From a virus (Duplodnaviria > Heunggongvirae > Uroviricota > Caudoviricetes): a DNA stretch of 48,134 bases. The stretch lies in IMG/VR virus record IMGVR_UViG_2651869782_000034; one strand, written 5' to 3'. Below the pieces are notes generated by a model. That model saw only the letters and a list, made by a program, of their open reading frames with translations. It did not search any database and was not told the DNA's origin. Position numbers and translations under genes: made by a program. Positions within the stretch are counted from its first letter, which is position 1; every line of letters begins with the position of its first letter. This document shows positions 28,785-39,150 of this stretch, in pieces.

Positions 28785-30134
28785 ATGGCTACGTGGCAAC
28801 AGGGTATTAATTCTGGTGGTTTTCTGGCTGGCATCGGTACGCAAAATGAGAATGCGCCAAAGGCAAGCGACATTAACGCAGCGCTTGGTCTGATCCGCGA
28901 AAACAATGAATTGGCTCGCTCAGGTGCAAATAACGTTGGTCTGACCGCGTTACGTGGTCTGGCTGGAGTTGCTGATATTTATAAGCAGGAACAGCAACAG
29001 AAAGCGATTAGTGCGTTCAATAAGGTTCACGCTGATGCATGGGCTTCTGGTGATCCATCGGGACTATTTAAGTTTGCCCAGGAAAATCCAGCGTTTGTTG
29101 CACAGGCACAACAGGCGTTTTCCGGTCTTAATGAGCAGCAACGCAACGATATGGGCGATTTAGCCATGAGGGCTAACGTCGCTCTTTCTCAGGGACCGGA
29201 AGCCTACAGTAAATTCATTACTGACAACAAGGACAGGTTAAATCGCGTTGGTGCTAATGCTGACTGGATGATTCAGACAGGTATCCAGAATCCAGAGCAG
29301 CTATCACACATGCTGACTACGATGTCTCTCGGTGCGCTTGGGCCAGAAAAGGCGTTTGCTGTTCAGGACAAGATGGTTGGTCGCCAGCAGGAGCAGCAAA
29401 GAATTAACGAAACCATTCGCAATAATGACATGACGAATGCGAGGGCTATTAGGGGGCAGGATCTTTCCTATAAGGCTCAAATGGCAAGACTGAATCACGA
29501 CAAGTATGTGTTTAAGCAGTCACAGGCGGCCCTTGAAAGAGCAGGGCAACTTCAGGATATGGATGTTTTGTCTCTTAACTCACAGATAGCAGCGACGGGA
29601 ATTGATCCTCTAACCGGTAAAGCTGCAACGTCAGCCAGAATGTCTCAGGCTAAGAGATGGCTTGATGGCAACAATAATTACAACAATGCGTTGATTACTG
29701 GTGAGCGAGGGATAGAGAAAATAGATTCTTTGCTTGGTAAGAAGGAGCTTGAAGGTATCGGTCGCTTCGAAGGAAGAAATATAGATGGCTTCACAAGTGC
29801 TGAAGGGCTTGCAAACCGTAATGCGATAGAAGAATTAAAGTCGGGTGCGTTTGTCCAGAACGTGCAGACTATGCGAGGTATGGGTAGCCTCTCCAATGCT
29901 GAAGGCCAAAAACTGGAAAACCTGATCGCGAAACTCGATATAACACAGCCTGAAGAGGTCGTCAGAAAACAGTTATCTGAAATCCGATCGCAATATTCTG
30001 TATTTCAAAAGGTTGCAGCAAGGGAGGCTGAATCAATGGGATATAGTTCATCAGGTTATGACACATATGTTAGTGAGCGAAAATCAGGAAGCGACAGCAA
30101 TAAGTCCGGTTTCTCGTCTTTATGGGGTGATTAA
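28785..30134 (+). CDS. Ejection protein gp20-like
   Basis: 449 aa; gene order. Confidence 0.65.
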   Translation: MATWQQGINSGGFLAGIGTQNENAPKASDINAALGLIRENNELARSGANNVGLTALRGLAGVADIYKQEQQQKAISAFNKVHADAWASGDPSGLFKFAQENPAFVAQAQQAFSGLNEQQRNDMGDLAMRANVALSQGPEAYSKFITDNKDRLNRVGANADWMIQTGIQNPEQLSHMLTTMSLGALGPEKAFAVQDKMVGRQQEQQRINETIRNNDMTNARAIRGQDLSYKAQMARLNHDKYVFKQSQAALERAGQLQDMDVLSLNSQIAATGIDPLTGKAATSARMSQAKRWLDGNNNYNNALITGERGIEKIDSLLGKKELEGIGRFEGRNIDGFTSAEGLANRNAIEELKSGAFVQNVQTMRGMGSLSNAEGQKLENLIAKLDITQPEEVVRKQLSEIRSQYSVFQKVAAREAESMGYSSSGYDTYVSERKSGSDSNKSGFSSLWGD

Positions 30135-32302
30135 TGGCTAAAGCATGGAAAGATGTTATCGCTTCTCCACAGTATCAGGCGTTAACTGAAGAACAGAAAG
30201 CACAGGCTCAAGCGCAATATTTTGATGAGGTTGTTGCCCCTAAGGCTGGTGACAAATGGGCTGAAGCAAGAGATCAGTTTTATGCAGCATACCCTCCACC
30301 TCAGCAGCAGAAAGAAGAACCATCATTGATGCAACAAGCTGGTGATTGGCTCACAGGTGGTCAAAGTGCAGGGCAAATTGCAGAACAGGCTGGTCGTGGT
30401 CTGGTAAACATACCATTTGACGTATTACAGGGTGGCGCAAGTCTGATTAATGCAATCAGTCAGGGGCTTGGTGGGCCAAAAGTATTGGATGATGTCTATC
30501 GTCCAGTCGATCGACCGACAGACCATTACGCGCAAGCCGGTGAAACAATTGGCGGGTATCTCCTGCCAATTGGTACAGCGGCAAAAGCTGCTGGAGCGCC
30601 AGCAAAGCTCGCTGGAGATATCGGTTCCGCAGGAAACATGATTGCAGGTTCTCTTGCTGATGCTGCAAATCAGGAGGGCGACTTTGCACAAAATGCTGCC
30701 ATTAACGGTGGTATAAATATTGGTGCTCAGGGGATACTTTCTGGGGCTGGAAGGATCTTAACCTCTAAATCACCTCAAGTTCTTGGTGGCGGGGCAATAA
30801 ATTCCGCTGCTGATGTTTCGAAAATGGCAAAGTCTGGTACAGGAAGAGAGATTATTGCCAGACAGTCAGCTAATGTGTCAGACGAAATAGCAAAAGCAGC
30901 AGATACTGCTGGAATAGATATCAACGCATTAACTCCTGGCATGAGATCAGGTAGTCGTGGTCTTGCTCAGGCGGAGGGGATTCTGGCGTCAAAGCCCGGA
31001 ATTACACAGGATGCACACACCAAAGCATTCAGTGAAATAGAGTCGAAATTTAACTCAGCATTGGATGAGTTTGGGGCTGAAGCAGGAACTGCATCAGAAA
31101 AAAGTGCAGCCATAAAACAAAGGGTTTTGGCAAGTATTGATAAAATGAAAAATTCAGAAAAGGCCGCATGGGATAGCGTCCGCTCCACGATGCCTGACGC
31201 AAAGGCCAGAATGTCAAACCTGAACGCTACAATTCAGGGTGATATTTTGGCCGGCATGCCGCTAACTCCTGAGATGAAACAATTCGCATCTGCTTATGCT
31301 AAAACTAGTAAAAAAGGAATCACGTTTGATGCCATGAAGGCATGGCGAAGTAAACTTGCTGACGCAGAGCAGAAGTATATAAGGTCTGGTGAGGCAAATA
31401 CGGCAAGGCGCATGGCTGAGCTTCGTGATGCAGCAACGGAAGATATGCGCATAATGGCTCAAAATGGCGGTTTTCTTGATGACTGGCAAAAAGCTAATGA
31501 TCTGTCAAAAGCAAGATTTACAGCACAAGAACAGGCTGAAGCAGCGTTTGGTAGAGACCTTGCAACTGATCAGTTGGTAACTAATGGCTCTAAGGCGTTG
31601 CAGGGTTCAGCAAAAAGTGGAACAGGTCAGTTCCATAAAATAATAAGCGCCCTACCTGAGTCGGAACGCGCGCCAGCAATTGCATCAATATTACAAGATG
31701 CGGTATCGCAAGGGGTACGCGGAGGTAAGTCTGAAGAGGCTGGAATTAAGCATATCGCGACTATTCTTACCCCACAAAACGTGAAGGCAATTAGTCGATA
31801 TTCTCCAGAGCTTGGTAGGATTGCCAGGGGGTTTGGAGAACTTGCAAGAGCAGCAACAAAGCCACTTCGATATGTTGAACAAACAGGGCGCTCTATGCCA
31901 GCCATTAGCACTCTTGAGAATGGCCTTCATCCAGTTTTAGAGAGCGTATTGTCTGGCGCTTTTCCAACCGCTGGCGCTATCGCAGGGTTCTCTGGAGGAG
32001 GTGTTATTGGAGCAATAGTGGGTGGCGCTGCAGGTGGAGCAATTGATGCAATAGCAAAAGGATCGATAGCGAAATTATCCGCAACCAGAAGTGGTCGTTA
32101 CGCTATTGAAAAGGCTGTTCAAGAGGCGACAAAGGCAGTTAAAGTTGGGGCAAGTGATGGCGCATTAGCGGCGGCGGAACGCAGATTTATGGCAAATAAG
32201 GCCGCCGTAAAAGCAATTCGCGATGCACTAGGAAACGAAGAGTTCCAGCGTTTGTCGAGGGCTGGGATTGTGGCATCGCTAAGCGGAATGGCACAGGATT
32301 GA
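30134..32302 (+). CDS. Ejection protein gp16-like
   Basis: 722 aa; start overlaps upstream stop; gene order. Confidence 0.65.
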   Translation: MAKAWKDVIASPQYQALTEEQKAQAQAQYFDEVVAPKAGDKWAEARDQFYAAYPPPQQQKEEPSLMQQAGDWLTGGQSAGQIAEQAGRGLVNIPFDVLQGGASLINAISQGLGGPKVLDDVYRPVDRPTDHYAQAGETIGGYLLPIGTAAKAAGAPAKLAGDIGSAGNMIAGSLADAANQEGDFAQNAAINGGINIGAQGILSGAGRILTSKSPQVLGGGAINSAADVSKMAKSGTGREIIARQSANVSDEIAKAADTAGIDINALTPGMRSGSRGLAQAEGILASKPGITQDAHTKAFSEIESKFNSALDEFGAEAGTASEKSAAIKQRVLASIDKMKNSEKAAWDSVRSTMPDAKARMSNLNATIQGDILAGMPLTPEMKQFASAYAKTSKKGITFDAMKAWRSKLADAEQKYIRSGEANTARRMAELRDAATEDMRIMAQNGGFLDDWQKANDLSKARFTAQEQAEAAFGRDLATDQLVTNGSKALQGSAKSGTGQFHKIISALPESERAPAIASILQDAVSQGVRGGKSEEAGIKHIATILTPQNVKAISRYSPELGRIARGFGELARAATKPLRYVEQTGRSMPAISTLENGLHPVLESVLSGAFPTAGAIAGFSGGGVIGAIVGGAAGGAIDAIAKGSIAKLSATRSGRYAIEKAVQEATKAVKVGASDGALAAAERRFMANKAAVKAIRDALGNEEFQRLSRAGIVASLSGMAQD

Positions 32303-32319
32303 GGTGACGCCATGGATGG

Positions 32320-32769
32320 CTATTTTTTAAGGTAATAATCATCAAAATCGCAAGAAGCGGATATCACAGAACTTGAATCCATAGAAAAAGACAGGGTTTC
32401 GCATGCCTTTCCGGCCTGATGATATGCATGGATATCACCGGATACATATCCTCCTGTAGAAAACAACGATTTTTCACCGTTTTTTTCTACAAGAATGTGC
32501 TTATCTGAATCATTAATAAACCAAATGGAAATAGAGTGACTTTCGCCAAGGTCTGTTCTATTGAACACCTTAGGTTGGGTACCCTTGACAGCATTTTCGG
32601 CTCGCATAATCAGTTCAGCGCTTTTTTTGCTATTTTTTTGTTCTGTATAGATTTTGTCTGCCACAAAATAAACAATGGCAATGGCTAACAAAGATAGGGA
32701 AATCAGCAATGCCTTTTTAATCAATTTTTTGGCATCCCTGTAAATCTCAACTGATAATTTTTCACTCAC
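32320..32769 (-). CDS. Single-pass membrane protein (moron; sieA-position superinfection-exclusion candidate)
   Basis: GTG start 5 nt after AAGGAGG; TM helix LLISLSLLAIAIVYFV then about 110-aa extracytoplasmic domain; opposite strand to late operon. Confidence 0.55.
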   Translation of the reverse strand: MSEKLSVEIYRDAKKLIKKALLISLSLLAIAIVYFVADKIYTEQKNSKKSAELIMRAENAVKGTQPKVFNRTDLGESHSISIWFINDSDKHILVEKNGEKSLFSTGGYVSGDIHAYHQAGKACETLSFSMDSSSVISASCDFDDYYLKK

Positions 32770-32832
32770 ACCAACCTCCTTAGTTTTGTGCAGGATACCA
32801 GATGATAATGTGTAGTTGGAGTAGCGCGGTTG

Positions 32833-32928
32833 TAATGCAAGCATTTTGTTTTGGTTTTATGCTTGCTTGTATGTGTGTACAGTGCATATAATGCAAGCAT
32901 ACATCACAATAAAGGTGCTTGCATTATG
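32833..32928. promoter_or_regulatory. Four copies of near-palindromic motif ATGCAAGCAT / ATGCTTGCAT in a divergent promoter region
   Basis: taATGCAAGCATt (32833-44), ATGCTTGC (32859-66), taATGCAAGCATa (32889-900), GCTTGCATta (32916-26) overlapping ATG 32926. Confidence 0.55.
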
Positions 32929-33918
32929 ACTGAAAAGAAAAGTGGCGAAGGGAAAGCTAAGGGCGGTATCGCTCGCGCAAAGTCGCTGACTAAAGAGCAG
33001 CGTTCTGAAATAGCAAAGAAAGCAGCGGCTGCAAGATGGAAGGATAAACCATTAATTGCTACGCATAAGGGATCGTTCCAGCATGAATTCGGGATTGATG
33101 TTGAGTGCTATGTGTTAAATGATGATAACAAAACTGCCGTTATTAGCCAGAGAGGCATGGGAGAAGCGATTGGTCTTGGCGAAGGTGGCAGCAGGTTGCC
33201 AAAGTTTATTCAGGGGAAAACTATTTCTCAGTATATCGGGCATGAATTAAGGGCAAAACTTGAAAATCCTCTTATTTTTCAATACAAACAGGCGGGCACG
33301 AACACTCCAGCTAATCCTGTAATACATGGCTACGATGTAACAATATTAATTGATTTATGTCGAGCAATCTCTAATGCTAAAGCTGAAGGTAAGTTGCTTT
33401 CCAGTCAGGAAGGGATTGCTAAGCAAGCCAGAATCATTATTGATGCATCAGCCAAGGCGGGCATTCAGGGGCTTGTTTATGCTTTGGCAGGGTATGACAG
33501 AACAAAAGAAGAGGTAATTCAAGCATATAAGCGATATGTTGCTGAAGAGGCTCGTGAGTATGAAAGAGAGTTCACCCCTGAACTTTATGAGCATTGGTAT
33601 CGTCTGTATGGTATAGACAAACCAGTTAGAGGGCGACCATGGGCGTTTAAATATCTTACGATAGATCACATTTATTACCCATTAGCCAGAAGTGAAGGAA
33701 AGGTATTTAATTTAGCAAAAACGTCAAAAGAAGAAAAAGGCAGCAAAAACGATAAAATACACCAGTTTTTATCAGAGGTTGGAGTTAAGGCTCTTAGAAC
33801 CCAAATAGGTAAGGTTACTGGTATTGCAATGGTTTCTGATACTCGAGAAGAGTATGAGAAATACATAGATGAAAAGGTTATTGGACAAAGAACCATAGAC
33901 TTAAAAGATAAAGAATAA
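32926..33918 (+). CDS. Hypothetical 330-aa protein with basic N-terminal segment (possible DNA-binding)
   Basis: MTEKKSGEGKAKGGIARAKSLTKEQRSEIAKKAAAARW; start codon lies inside an operator-like repeat. Confidence 0.55.
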   Translation: MTEKKSGEGKAKGGIARAKSLTKEQRSEIAKKAAAARWKDKPLIATHKGSFQHEFGIDVECYVLNDDNKTAVISQRGMGEAIGLGEGGSRLPKFIQGKTISQYIGHELRAKLENPLIFQYKQAGTNTPANPVIHGYDVTILIDLCRAISNAKAEGKLLSSQEGIAKQARIIIDASAKAGIQGLVYALAGYDRTKEEVIQAYKRYVAEEAREYEREFTPELYEHWYRLYGIDKPVRGRPWAFKYLTIDHIYYPLARSEGKVFNLAKTSKEEKGSKNDKIHQFLSEVGVKALRTQIGKVTGIAMVSDTREEYEKYIDEKVIGQRTIDLKDKE

Positions 33919-33924
33919 GAAAAT

Positions 33925-33946
33925 CCCACCGTCAGGTGGGTTTTTT
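33925..33946. terminator. Bidirectional rho-independent terminator
   Basis: CCCACC-gtca-GGTGGG followed by TTTTTT, preceded by AAAA on the other strand. Confidence 0.65.
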
Positions 33947-33971
33947 ATAAGGAGTAATCATGATTTACCCA

Positions 33972-34508
33972 TCAAACAACCCACCAGTTTGCCTGATTGG
34001 ATGCCAGCCTTGCAGTTTTTATGGAATTAATTATGCCATGCTCAAGAGCCTTGTTAGCATCCAAAATGGTCGAGTCTGCTATCAGGGATGCCCACCTAAT
34101 ATGGGTTCCGATGTCGATATTGAACGTCTCAACGAAGCGATCAAGATCGTTATCGAGGCATTTCCCGTACTCTCTCAATCTGGCATGGTCGGCGGCTGGG
34201 GAGGCAAAGCACCATAATAGAGGATGTAACAGGAATCTTGATAATGGGTTTGCGAAACGTTCTGAGCCAGCCAGGAAAACGATATTAGCTATGGATTCAA
34301 CATTGCTTATGTTGTGAGTTCTAACGGTAACAGGGAGTGACTTAAGAAAGTTATACGCAGTAAAGCCAGCGGCAGTTTCCCCTCCCTGACTTGATATATG
34401 GATATTTAATTCAGTTGCGCCTTGAGATAATGCGGTGAGACAGTGGTTCTGAAGTTGCCCAACAGTGGCAGTGTTAACGGGGCATAAGAAATGAATTGTG
34501 TGCAGCAT
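33972..34508 (-). CDS. Clp-fold serine protease (ClpP-like, short form)
   Basis: HISSQGG vs ClpP INSPGG; ES-IANIVFLAG aligns to the ClpP active-site Ser; LLHPL aligns to MIHQP His; ATG overlaps mnt stop (TAATG). Confidence 0.7.
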   Translation of the reverse strand: MLHTIHFLCPVNTATVGQLQNHCLTALSQGATELNIHISSQGGETAAGFTAYNFLKSLPVTVRTHNISNVESIANIVFLAGSERFANPLSRFLLHPLLWCFASPAADHARLREYGKCLDNDLDRFVETFNIDIGTHIRWASLIADSTILDANKALEHGIINSIKTARLASNQANWWVV

Positions 34509-34756
34509 TATTTTTCATCCTTAGCATACATGGTCTTTAGCGTCTCAAGCAGCGCCTCTTTGAATTTGTCAGCTTCTTGCTGAGCAAATGACTCAACTGA
34601 CTTTGGCGACCTATCTTCATCAATCGCGGCTTGCAAAATCATGACGATCTCGGAGTTAACAGAGCGACCATTTTTTGATGCTCTGACAGCAAGAGCCTCG
34701 CGTAAAGATTCAGGGATTCTTACCGTAGTTGGAGAAATTGACACACCCTTTGCCAT
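34508..34756 (-). CDS. mnt: Mnt-like ribbon-helix-helix repressor
   Basis: RIPESLREALAVRASKNGRSVNSEIVMILQAAI and C-terminal coiled coil parallel P22 Mnt; divergent from arc. Confidence 0.8.
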   Translation of the reverse strand: MAKGVSISPTTVRIPESLREALAVRASKNGRSVNSEIVMILQAAIDEDRSPKSVESFAQQEADKFKEALLETLKTMYAKDEK

Positions 34757-34779
34757 ATCACACCTTTGGTATTCAATTT

Positions 34780-34834
34780 GATAGCAAAGTGTATGCAAAA
34801 AAATTTTGACTAGATATACTCACTTTGCTATCTT
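34780..34834. promoter_or_regulatory. immI control region: inverted 12-bp repeats GATAGCAAAGTG / CACTTTGCTATC flanking candidate Pant
   Basis: Repeats at 34780-34791 and 34821-34832; -35 TTGACT 34806-11 and -10 TATCTT 34829-34. Confidence 0.55.
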
Positions 34835-34870
34835 TTGTATTCGAAAAGAGTTGTTTGTGTGGAGGGTAAC

Positions 34871-35023
34871 ATGGAGAAAGAAATAAGTAAGATTTTGGTA
34901 AGGATGCCGCAGTCGTTAAAGGATGCTATAGGTAGCAGGGCAAAGGAAGAGTGCAGGTCGTTTAACTCAGAGGTTATCAAGCGCCTGATAGACAGCTTGA
35001 AGAGAGAGGGGGTAATGGTATGA
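34871..35023 (+). CDS. arc: Arc-like ribbon-helix-helix repressor
   Basis: MEKEISKILVRMPQSLKDAIGSRAKEECRSFNSEVIKRLIDSLKREG parallels P22 Arc. Confidence 0.75.
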   Translation: MEKEISKILVRMPQSLKDAIGSRAKEECRSFNSEVIKRLIDSLKREGVMV

Positions 35024-35223
35024 GTAAAGAATGTTGTTTCTGCGGCATTAGCGAATCAGACGCTGATCAAACATACATTTACTCTAAAGAAACAGGTCGG
35101 ATGCTGTGTAGTGACTGCGTGTTGGACATCATAAGATACAAGCATCTTGGATGTTCTGCCAGCATTAGCAATATAGGTGAAGTATATGAAGGGAAAGATA
35201 TAACTGATAGAGCAGAAAGTTGA
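35020..35223 (+). CDS. Small zinc-ribbon-like protein between arc and ant
   Basis: Two Cys pairs (CCFCG ... CSDC); ATG overlaps arc stop. Confidence 0.45.
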   Translation: MSKECCFCGISESDADQTYIYSKETGRMLCSDCVLDIIRYKHLGCSASISNIGEVYEGKDITDRAES

Positions 35224-35285
35224 AGCCCCAACTGCGGTAACAGTCAGGGCTTCGGTATCAACAAATCGTCTTAGGAAATATTGAC

Positions 35286-36164
35286 ATGAAAAGTATAGCA
35301 AAGGCACAAAACGATTTCACCATCTTCAAATTCGGCGACAGTGAAATCCGCGTCATCAACAAGTGCGGTGAGCCGTGGTTTGTAGCTAAAGATGTTTGTG
35401 ATGCTTTAGCTTTGACTAACTCACGCAAGGCGCTTACTGCACTTGATGACGATGAAAAGGGAGTAACTTTAAGTTACACCCTTGGTGGTGAGCAGAATCT
35501 AAGCATTGTGAGCGAATCAGGTATGTATACATTGGTTCTGCGCTGCCGCGATGCAGTCAATAAAGGTTCAGTCCCGCACAAATTCCGCAAGTGGGTAACA
35601 GCAGAAGTTCTGCCTTCAATTCGCAAACATGGCGAGTATGTTAAAGGAAAGAAAACCACTGTTGAGGAAAGAACACCGCTACGCGATGCAGTAAACATGC
35701 TGGTAGGAAAGAAAGGACTTCGCTATGACGATGCATACAATATGGTTCATCAGCGTTTTGGTATTGACAGCATTGATGAACTTTCAATTGAACAAATCCC
35801 GCAAGCTGTAGAGTACATCCACAGGGTAGTGCTTGAAGGTGAGTTCATCGGCAAACAAGAGAAGAAAACCAACGAGCTTTCTGCAAAAGAAGCAAACAGC
35901 CTTGTATGGTTATGGGATTATGCCAACCGCTCACAGGCATTATTCCGCGAACTGTATCCGGCGCTAAAACAAATTCAATCGAACTATTCCGGCAGATGTC
36001 ATGACTGCGGTTATGAGTTCTCCCGTATTATCGATATGGCGAGAGATGTTTTAATCAACCATACACGAGATGTTGATATTAATGAGCCAGACGGACCAAC
36101 GAATCTTTCCGCATGGATGAGACTTAAGAATAAAGAATTACCTCCTTCAGTACATAACTACTGA
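35286..36164 (+). CDS. ant: Antirepressor Ant (Bro-N domain)
   Basis: Bro-N motif [30 protein letters not shown]; follows arc as in P22 immI. Confidence 0.85.
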   Translation: MKSIAKAQNDFTIFKFGDSEIRVINKCGEPWFVAKDVCDALALTNSRKALTALDDDEKGVTLSYTLGGEQNLSIVSESGMYTLVLRCRDAVNKGSVPHKFRKWVTAEVLPSIRKHGEYVKGKKTTVEERTPLRDAVNMLVGKKGLRYDDAYNMVHQRFGIDSIDELSIEQIPQAVEYIHRVVLEGEFIGKQEKKTNELSAKEANSLVWLWDYANRSQALFRELYPALKQIQSNYSGRCHDCGYEFSRIIDMARDVLINHTRDVDINEPDGPTNLSAWMRLKNKELPPSVHNY

Positions 36165-36182
36165 CAGATAACCAACGCAACG

Positions 36183-36207
36183 ACCCAGCTTCGGCTGGGT
36201 TTTTTTA
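36183..36207 (+). terminator. Rho-independent terminator after ant
   Basis: ACCCAGC-ttcg-GCTGGGT followed by TTTTTTT. Confidence 0.65.
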
Positions 36208-36264
36208 TGCCCAAAATTCACCGTAGCCATGCTGCGGCGATTCCTTGTATCTGGAGCAAATTAA

Positions 36265-38427
36265 ATGACAGACATTACAGCCAATGTTGTAGTGAGTATG
36301 CCTTCGCAACTCTTCACTATGGCGCGCTCTTTTAAAGCCGTAGCCAATGGCAAAATTTATATCGGAAAAATTGACACTGACCCGGTAAATCCAGAAAACC
36401 AGATCCAGGTTTATGTGGAGAACGAAGATGGCTCTCATGTTCCTGTTTCGCAACCAATCATCATTAACGCTGCTGGTTACCCGGTATATAACGGACAAAT
36501 TGCCAAATTCGTTACTGTACAGGGCCATTCTATGGCTGTTTATGATGCATACGGTGCGCAGCAGTTTTATTTCCCTAATGTGTTGAAGTATGAGCCGGAT
36601 CAATTAAGGTTGGAGCTTGAATCATCTGGTGGAGCAGGATTGATAGGTGGTGTTTCGAAGCCTATTACTTTTTTTGGTGCTATTGGTGATGGATTAACAA
36701 ACAATACGCAGGCATTTAACGATGCAGAGATATTAGAATTCAATGACATCTACATTCCTGATGGTGTTTATAATGTAAATAATATTAACTTAAATAAGAG
36801 ATATTGGGGGCCTGGCATAGTAGTGATTAATTACCAGACTGAATATTCTGGCTCTGGTGTTAACGACATGACCGTGTCAGGAATATACAATGGACAGCAA
36901 GATCTAAATGCAATTGTAAGAATAAAAGAAGCTTCAAATCCTGATAAGCTTGAATTCAGTACAGATAATGGAGTTACATGGCATGACACGATAGACGTGT
37001 ACAATCCAATCGATGACAGTGTATCTCCGCAACCAATCGTAATACTTGCAGGCGGGGTGGATTTTTTCGTGAGTGGATTGAAGATAAACTTTTCTTCAAC
37101 CACTGGACATACAGTAAATGACTCATGGTCATTTTTCATTCCTTCCAATCCATCAGTAATAAACACGGGAAGTGGCAGCATCGTTAAATCAGGAAGCGTT
37201 ATTTTTAATGTTAGCGGAAACAATGATACTAATACTTCCGCTGGAAAAGACTCATTAGGCGGTGGAAACGTAGGAGCTAACAATACCGCATATGGGTGGA
37301 AGAGTTTGCACTCAAACACTACAGGATACGCAAATACCGCGTCTGGGATTCAGTCTATGGAAAACAATAAGACTGGTAAAAACAATTGTGCATACGGTGC
37401 TGATTCTCTAAGAGCTAACGTATCTGGTTCTGATAACGTAGCGGTTGGGGTCTTTGCGTCCGGAGCAAACACAACCGGGTACGGTAACACTGGACTTGGT
37501 AACGATGCCAATAGGTACAATGAAACAGGATTCGGAAATACCGCAGCGGGTGTGCAGGCACTGTACCACAACAAGGCCGGTAATGAGAACACAGCTTTCG
37601 GTGAATACGCATTACGCGGAGGAAATTCCAGCCTACCTACGGGAACATCCATTCAGTATTCCGTCGCTGTAGGAGCTAAAGCCGGTTTCAACGCGTTAGG
37701 TAATAATAATACAGCTATAGGTTACGAGGCGCTATATTCTGCATCAGGATCTGATAATGTTGGTATTGGATTCGATGCAGGGTTTAAAGTAACGGCTGGT
37801 GCTTTCAATGTATTTTTAGGTTCTAATTCTGGTAACGGGTCAGAGCAGGCTACAGATGTGACAAACTGCGTCCTTATCGGAGATAATACAAAATCAACCG
37901 GAAGTAACGCAGTAGCTATCGGTAGTGGGGTAATTGCCGCTCAGAATACTGTAGCTATAGGTAATAGTGAGCATGAATTATTCTTGCATTATGGGAAATT
38001 TATACCACAAATTGATAATGCTTTTGATATTGGTGGGCCGGATGCGAGATATAAAACAATATATGCAACTACAGGAATGATAAATACATCAAATGAAATG
38101 TTGAAAACAAAACTAACAGACATTGATGTTGCTGAAAAAAAAGCTGCACTAGAAATAAAAGATAATATTAAAAAGTTTAAGATGCTGGATTCTGTTGAGG
38201 TAAAGGGATTTGATGGTGCTAGGTGGCATTTTGGTGTTGGAGCTCAAACTGTTGGTAATATAATGAGGAAGCACGGACTTGATCCTAGTAAGTATGGGTT
38301 TTGGTGTCACGATAAAACGCATCGCGAACACATGACTGGAAATATAGATATCTTTTGTGAAAGTTATGGTATAAGATATGACGAACTTGCAATGTTTATA
38401 TTGGCATCAATATCTTTATGTGAATAA
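36265..38427 (+). CDS. Tailspike: P22-type head-binding N-domain, repeat-rich beta-helix, C-terminal S74-like chaperone domain
   Basis: [11 protein letters not shown]...[19 protein letters not shown]...VTVQGHSMA matches P22 gp9 N-domain; NTAxGxxAL repeats; SNEMLKTK near C-terminus. Confidence 0.9.
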   Translation: MTDITANVVVSMPSQLFTMARSFKAVANGKIYIGKIDTDPVNPENQIQVYVENEDGSHVPVSQPIIINAAGYPVYNGQIAKFVTVQGHSMAVYDAYGAQQFYFPNVLKYEPDQLRLELESSGGAGLIGGVSKPITFFGAIGDGLTNNTQAFNDAEILEFNDIYIPDGVYNVNNINLNKRYWGPGIVVINYQTEYSGSGVNDMTVSGIYNGQQDLNAIVRIKEASNPDKLEFSTDNGVTWHDTIDVYNPIDDSVSPQPIVILAGGVDFFVSGLKINFSSTTGHTVNDSWSFFIPSNPSVINTGSGSIVKSGSVIFNVSGNNDTNTSAGKDSLGGGNVGANNTAYGWKSLHSNTTGYANTASGIQSMENNKTGKNNCAYGADSLRANVSGSDNVAVGVFASGANTTGYGNTGLGNDANRYNETGFGNTAAGVQALYHNKAGNENTAFGEYALRGGNSSLPTGTSIQYSVAVGAKAGFNALGNNNTAIGYEALYSASGSDNVGIGFDAGFKVTAGAFNVFLGSNSGNGSEQATDVTNCVLIGDNTKSTGSNAVAIGSGVIAAQNTVAIGNSEHELFLHYGKFIPQIDNAFDIGGPDARYKTIYATTGMINTSNEMLKTKLTDIDVAEKKAALEIKDNIKKFKMLDSVEVKGFDGARWHFGVGAQTVGNIMRKHGLDPSKYGFWCHDKTHREHMTGNIDIFCESYGIRYDELAMFILASISLCE

Positions 38428-38499
38428 ACTTTGTAAATGAAGTGAATTGCAAATCCTTGTACTTGATTGCAAGGCTTTGTGCTCTTCGATAATGGTTAA

Positions 38500-38519
38500 G
38501 GTGGATCACTCCACCTTTT
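38500..38519 (+). terminator. Candidate terminator ending the late operon
   Basis: GGTGGA-tcac-TCCACC followed by TTTT. Confidence 0.5.
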
Positions 38520-39150
38520 CATCAATCCAGTCCGCCCACCACTGCATCATTTCTCTGCGCTTAACGTAGCGGATGCCTCACTATCACACGGTGATAGTCC
38601 ATTGCTGCTTTGAAGAATGGATAGAGAACTGAGGATAAAAAGATATCCCAAAACCCAAAATCTCATCTTTAGGATTTGCAGAAAGGTAGGCGTGAACAAA
38701 TACCTGCGCATGAAAACGGAACTAGTCCAGATGTGATGTTTGTGGTGATCACATACATCATTAACGATGCTCGTTATGGTGAGTTTGATGACTACCCGCT
38801 GAAGTGAAAATTGTGTTGTGTACCAAATTGCGTACCAAACTAAAATCACAAATCATGAAACCCTTGTTCATGGCGGTTCTTAGGGGTGTTGCGCGTAATC
38901 GTGAAACAAAAAGGTAGATTGTTGCTTACCGTCATTCATCATTAGGTTAAATCCGTTATTTCTGCTGTCTGCCAGAGTATCAAATATCACCGTGCTAATC
39001 AGCTTTAGCGCGACAATTTGGCAGCGAGTGGCAACAGATCATGTCAGATAAAAATGAGGTAGTAGTCACATTTTCTTGCACTTTATTCCAGCCAGTTCAT
39101 AAGTATTTCCGTAAAAAGAACAGCTATTTGAAACACCTGAGGGTTTGCTG

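Larger units (their letters stand above)
1..38520. mobile_element. Mosaic lambdoid prophage (lambda-like regulation/lysis, P22-like morphogenesis); left end with int/attL outside window
   Basis: Contiguous phage gene order xis-like ... erf, cIII, N, cI, cro, cII, O/helicase, nin, Q, SRRz, terminase, portal, coat, ejection, immI, tailspike; host dacD follows. Confidence 0.85.

Noticed and set aside
33960-34317. Plus-strand ORFs 33960..34217 and 33997..34317; the first has an AAGGAG-N6-ATG
   Set aside because: Both are antisense to the Clp-fold protease gene, which has clear family-level similarity; the RBS-like match is within chance expectation for a window this size. The first could still be a short antisense gene.
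38547-38849. 100-aa minus-strand ORF in the tailspike-dacD intergenic region
   Set aside because: No RBS, odd composition, and it lies in the presumed attachment region; treated as non-coding.
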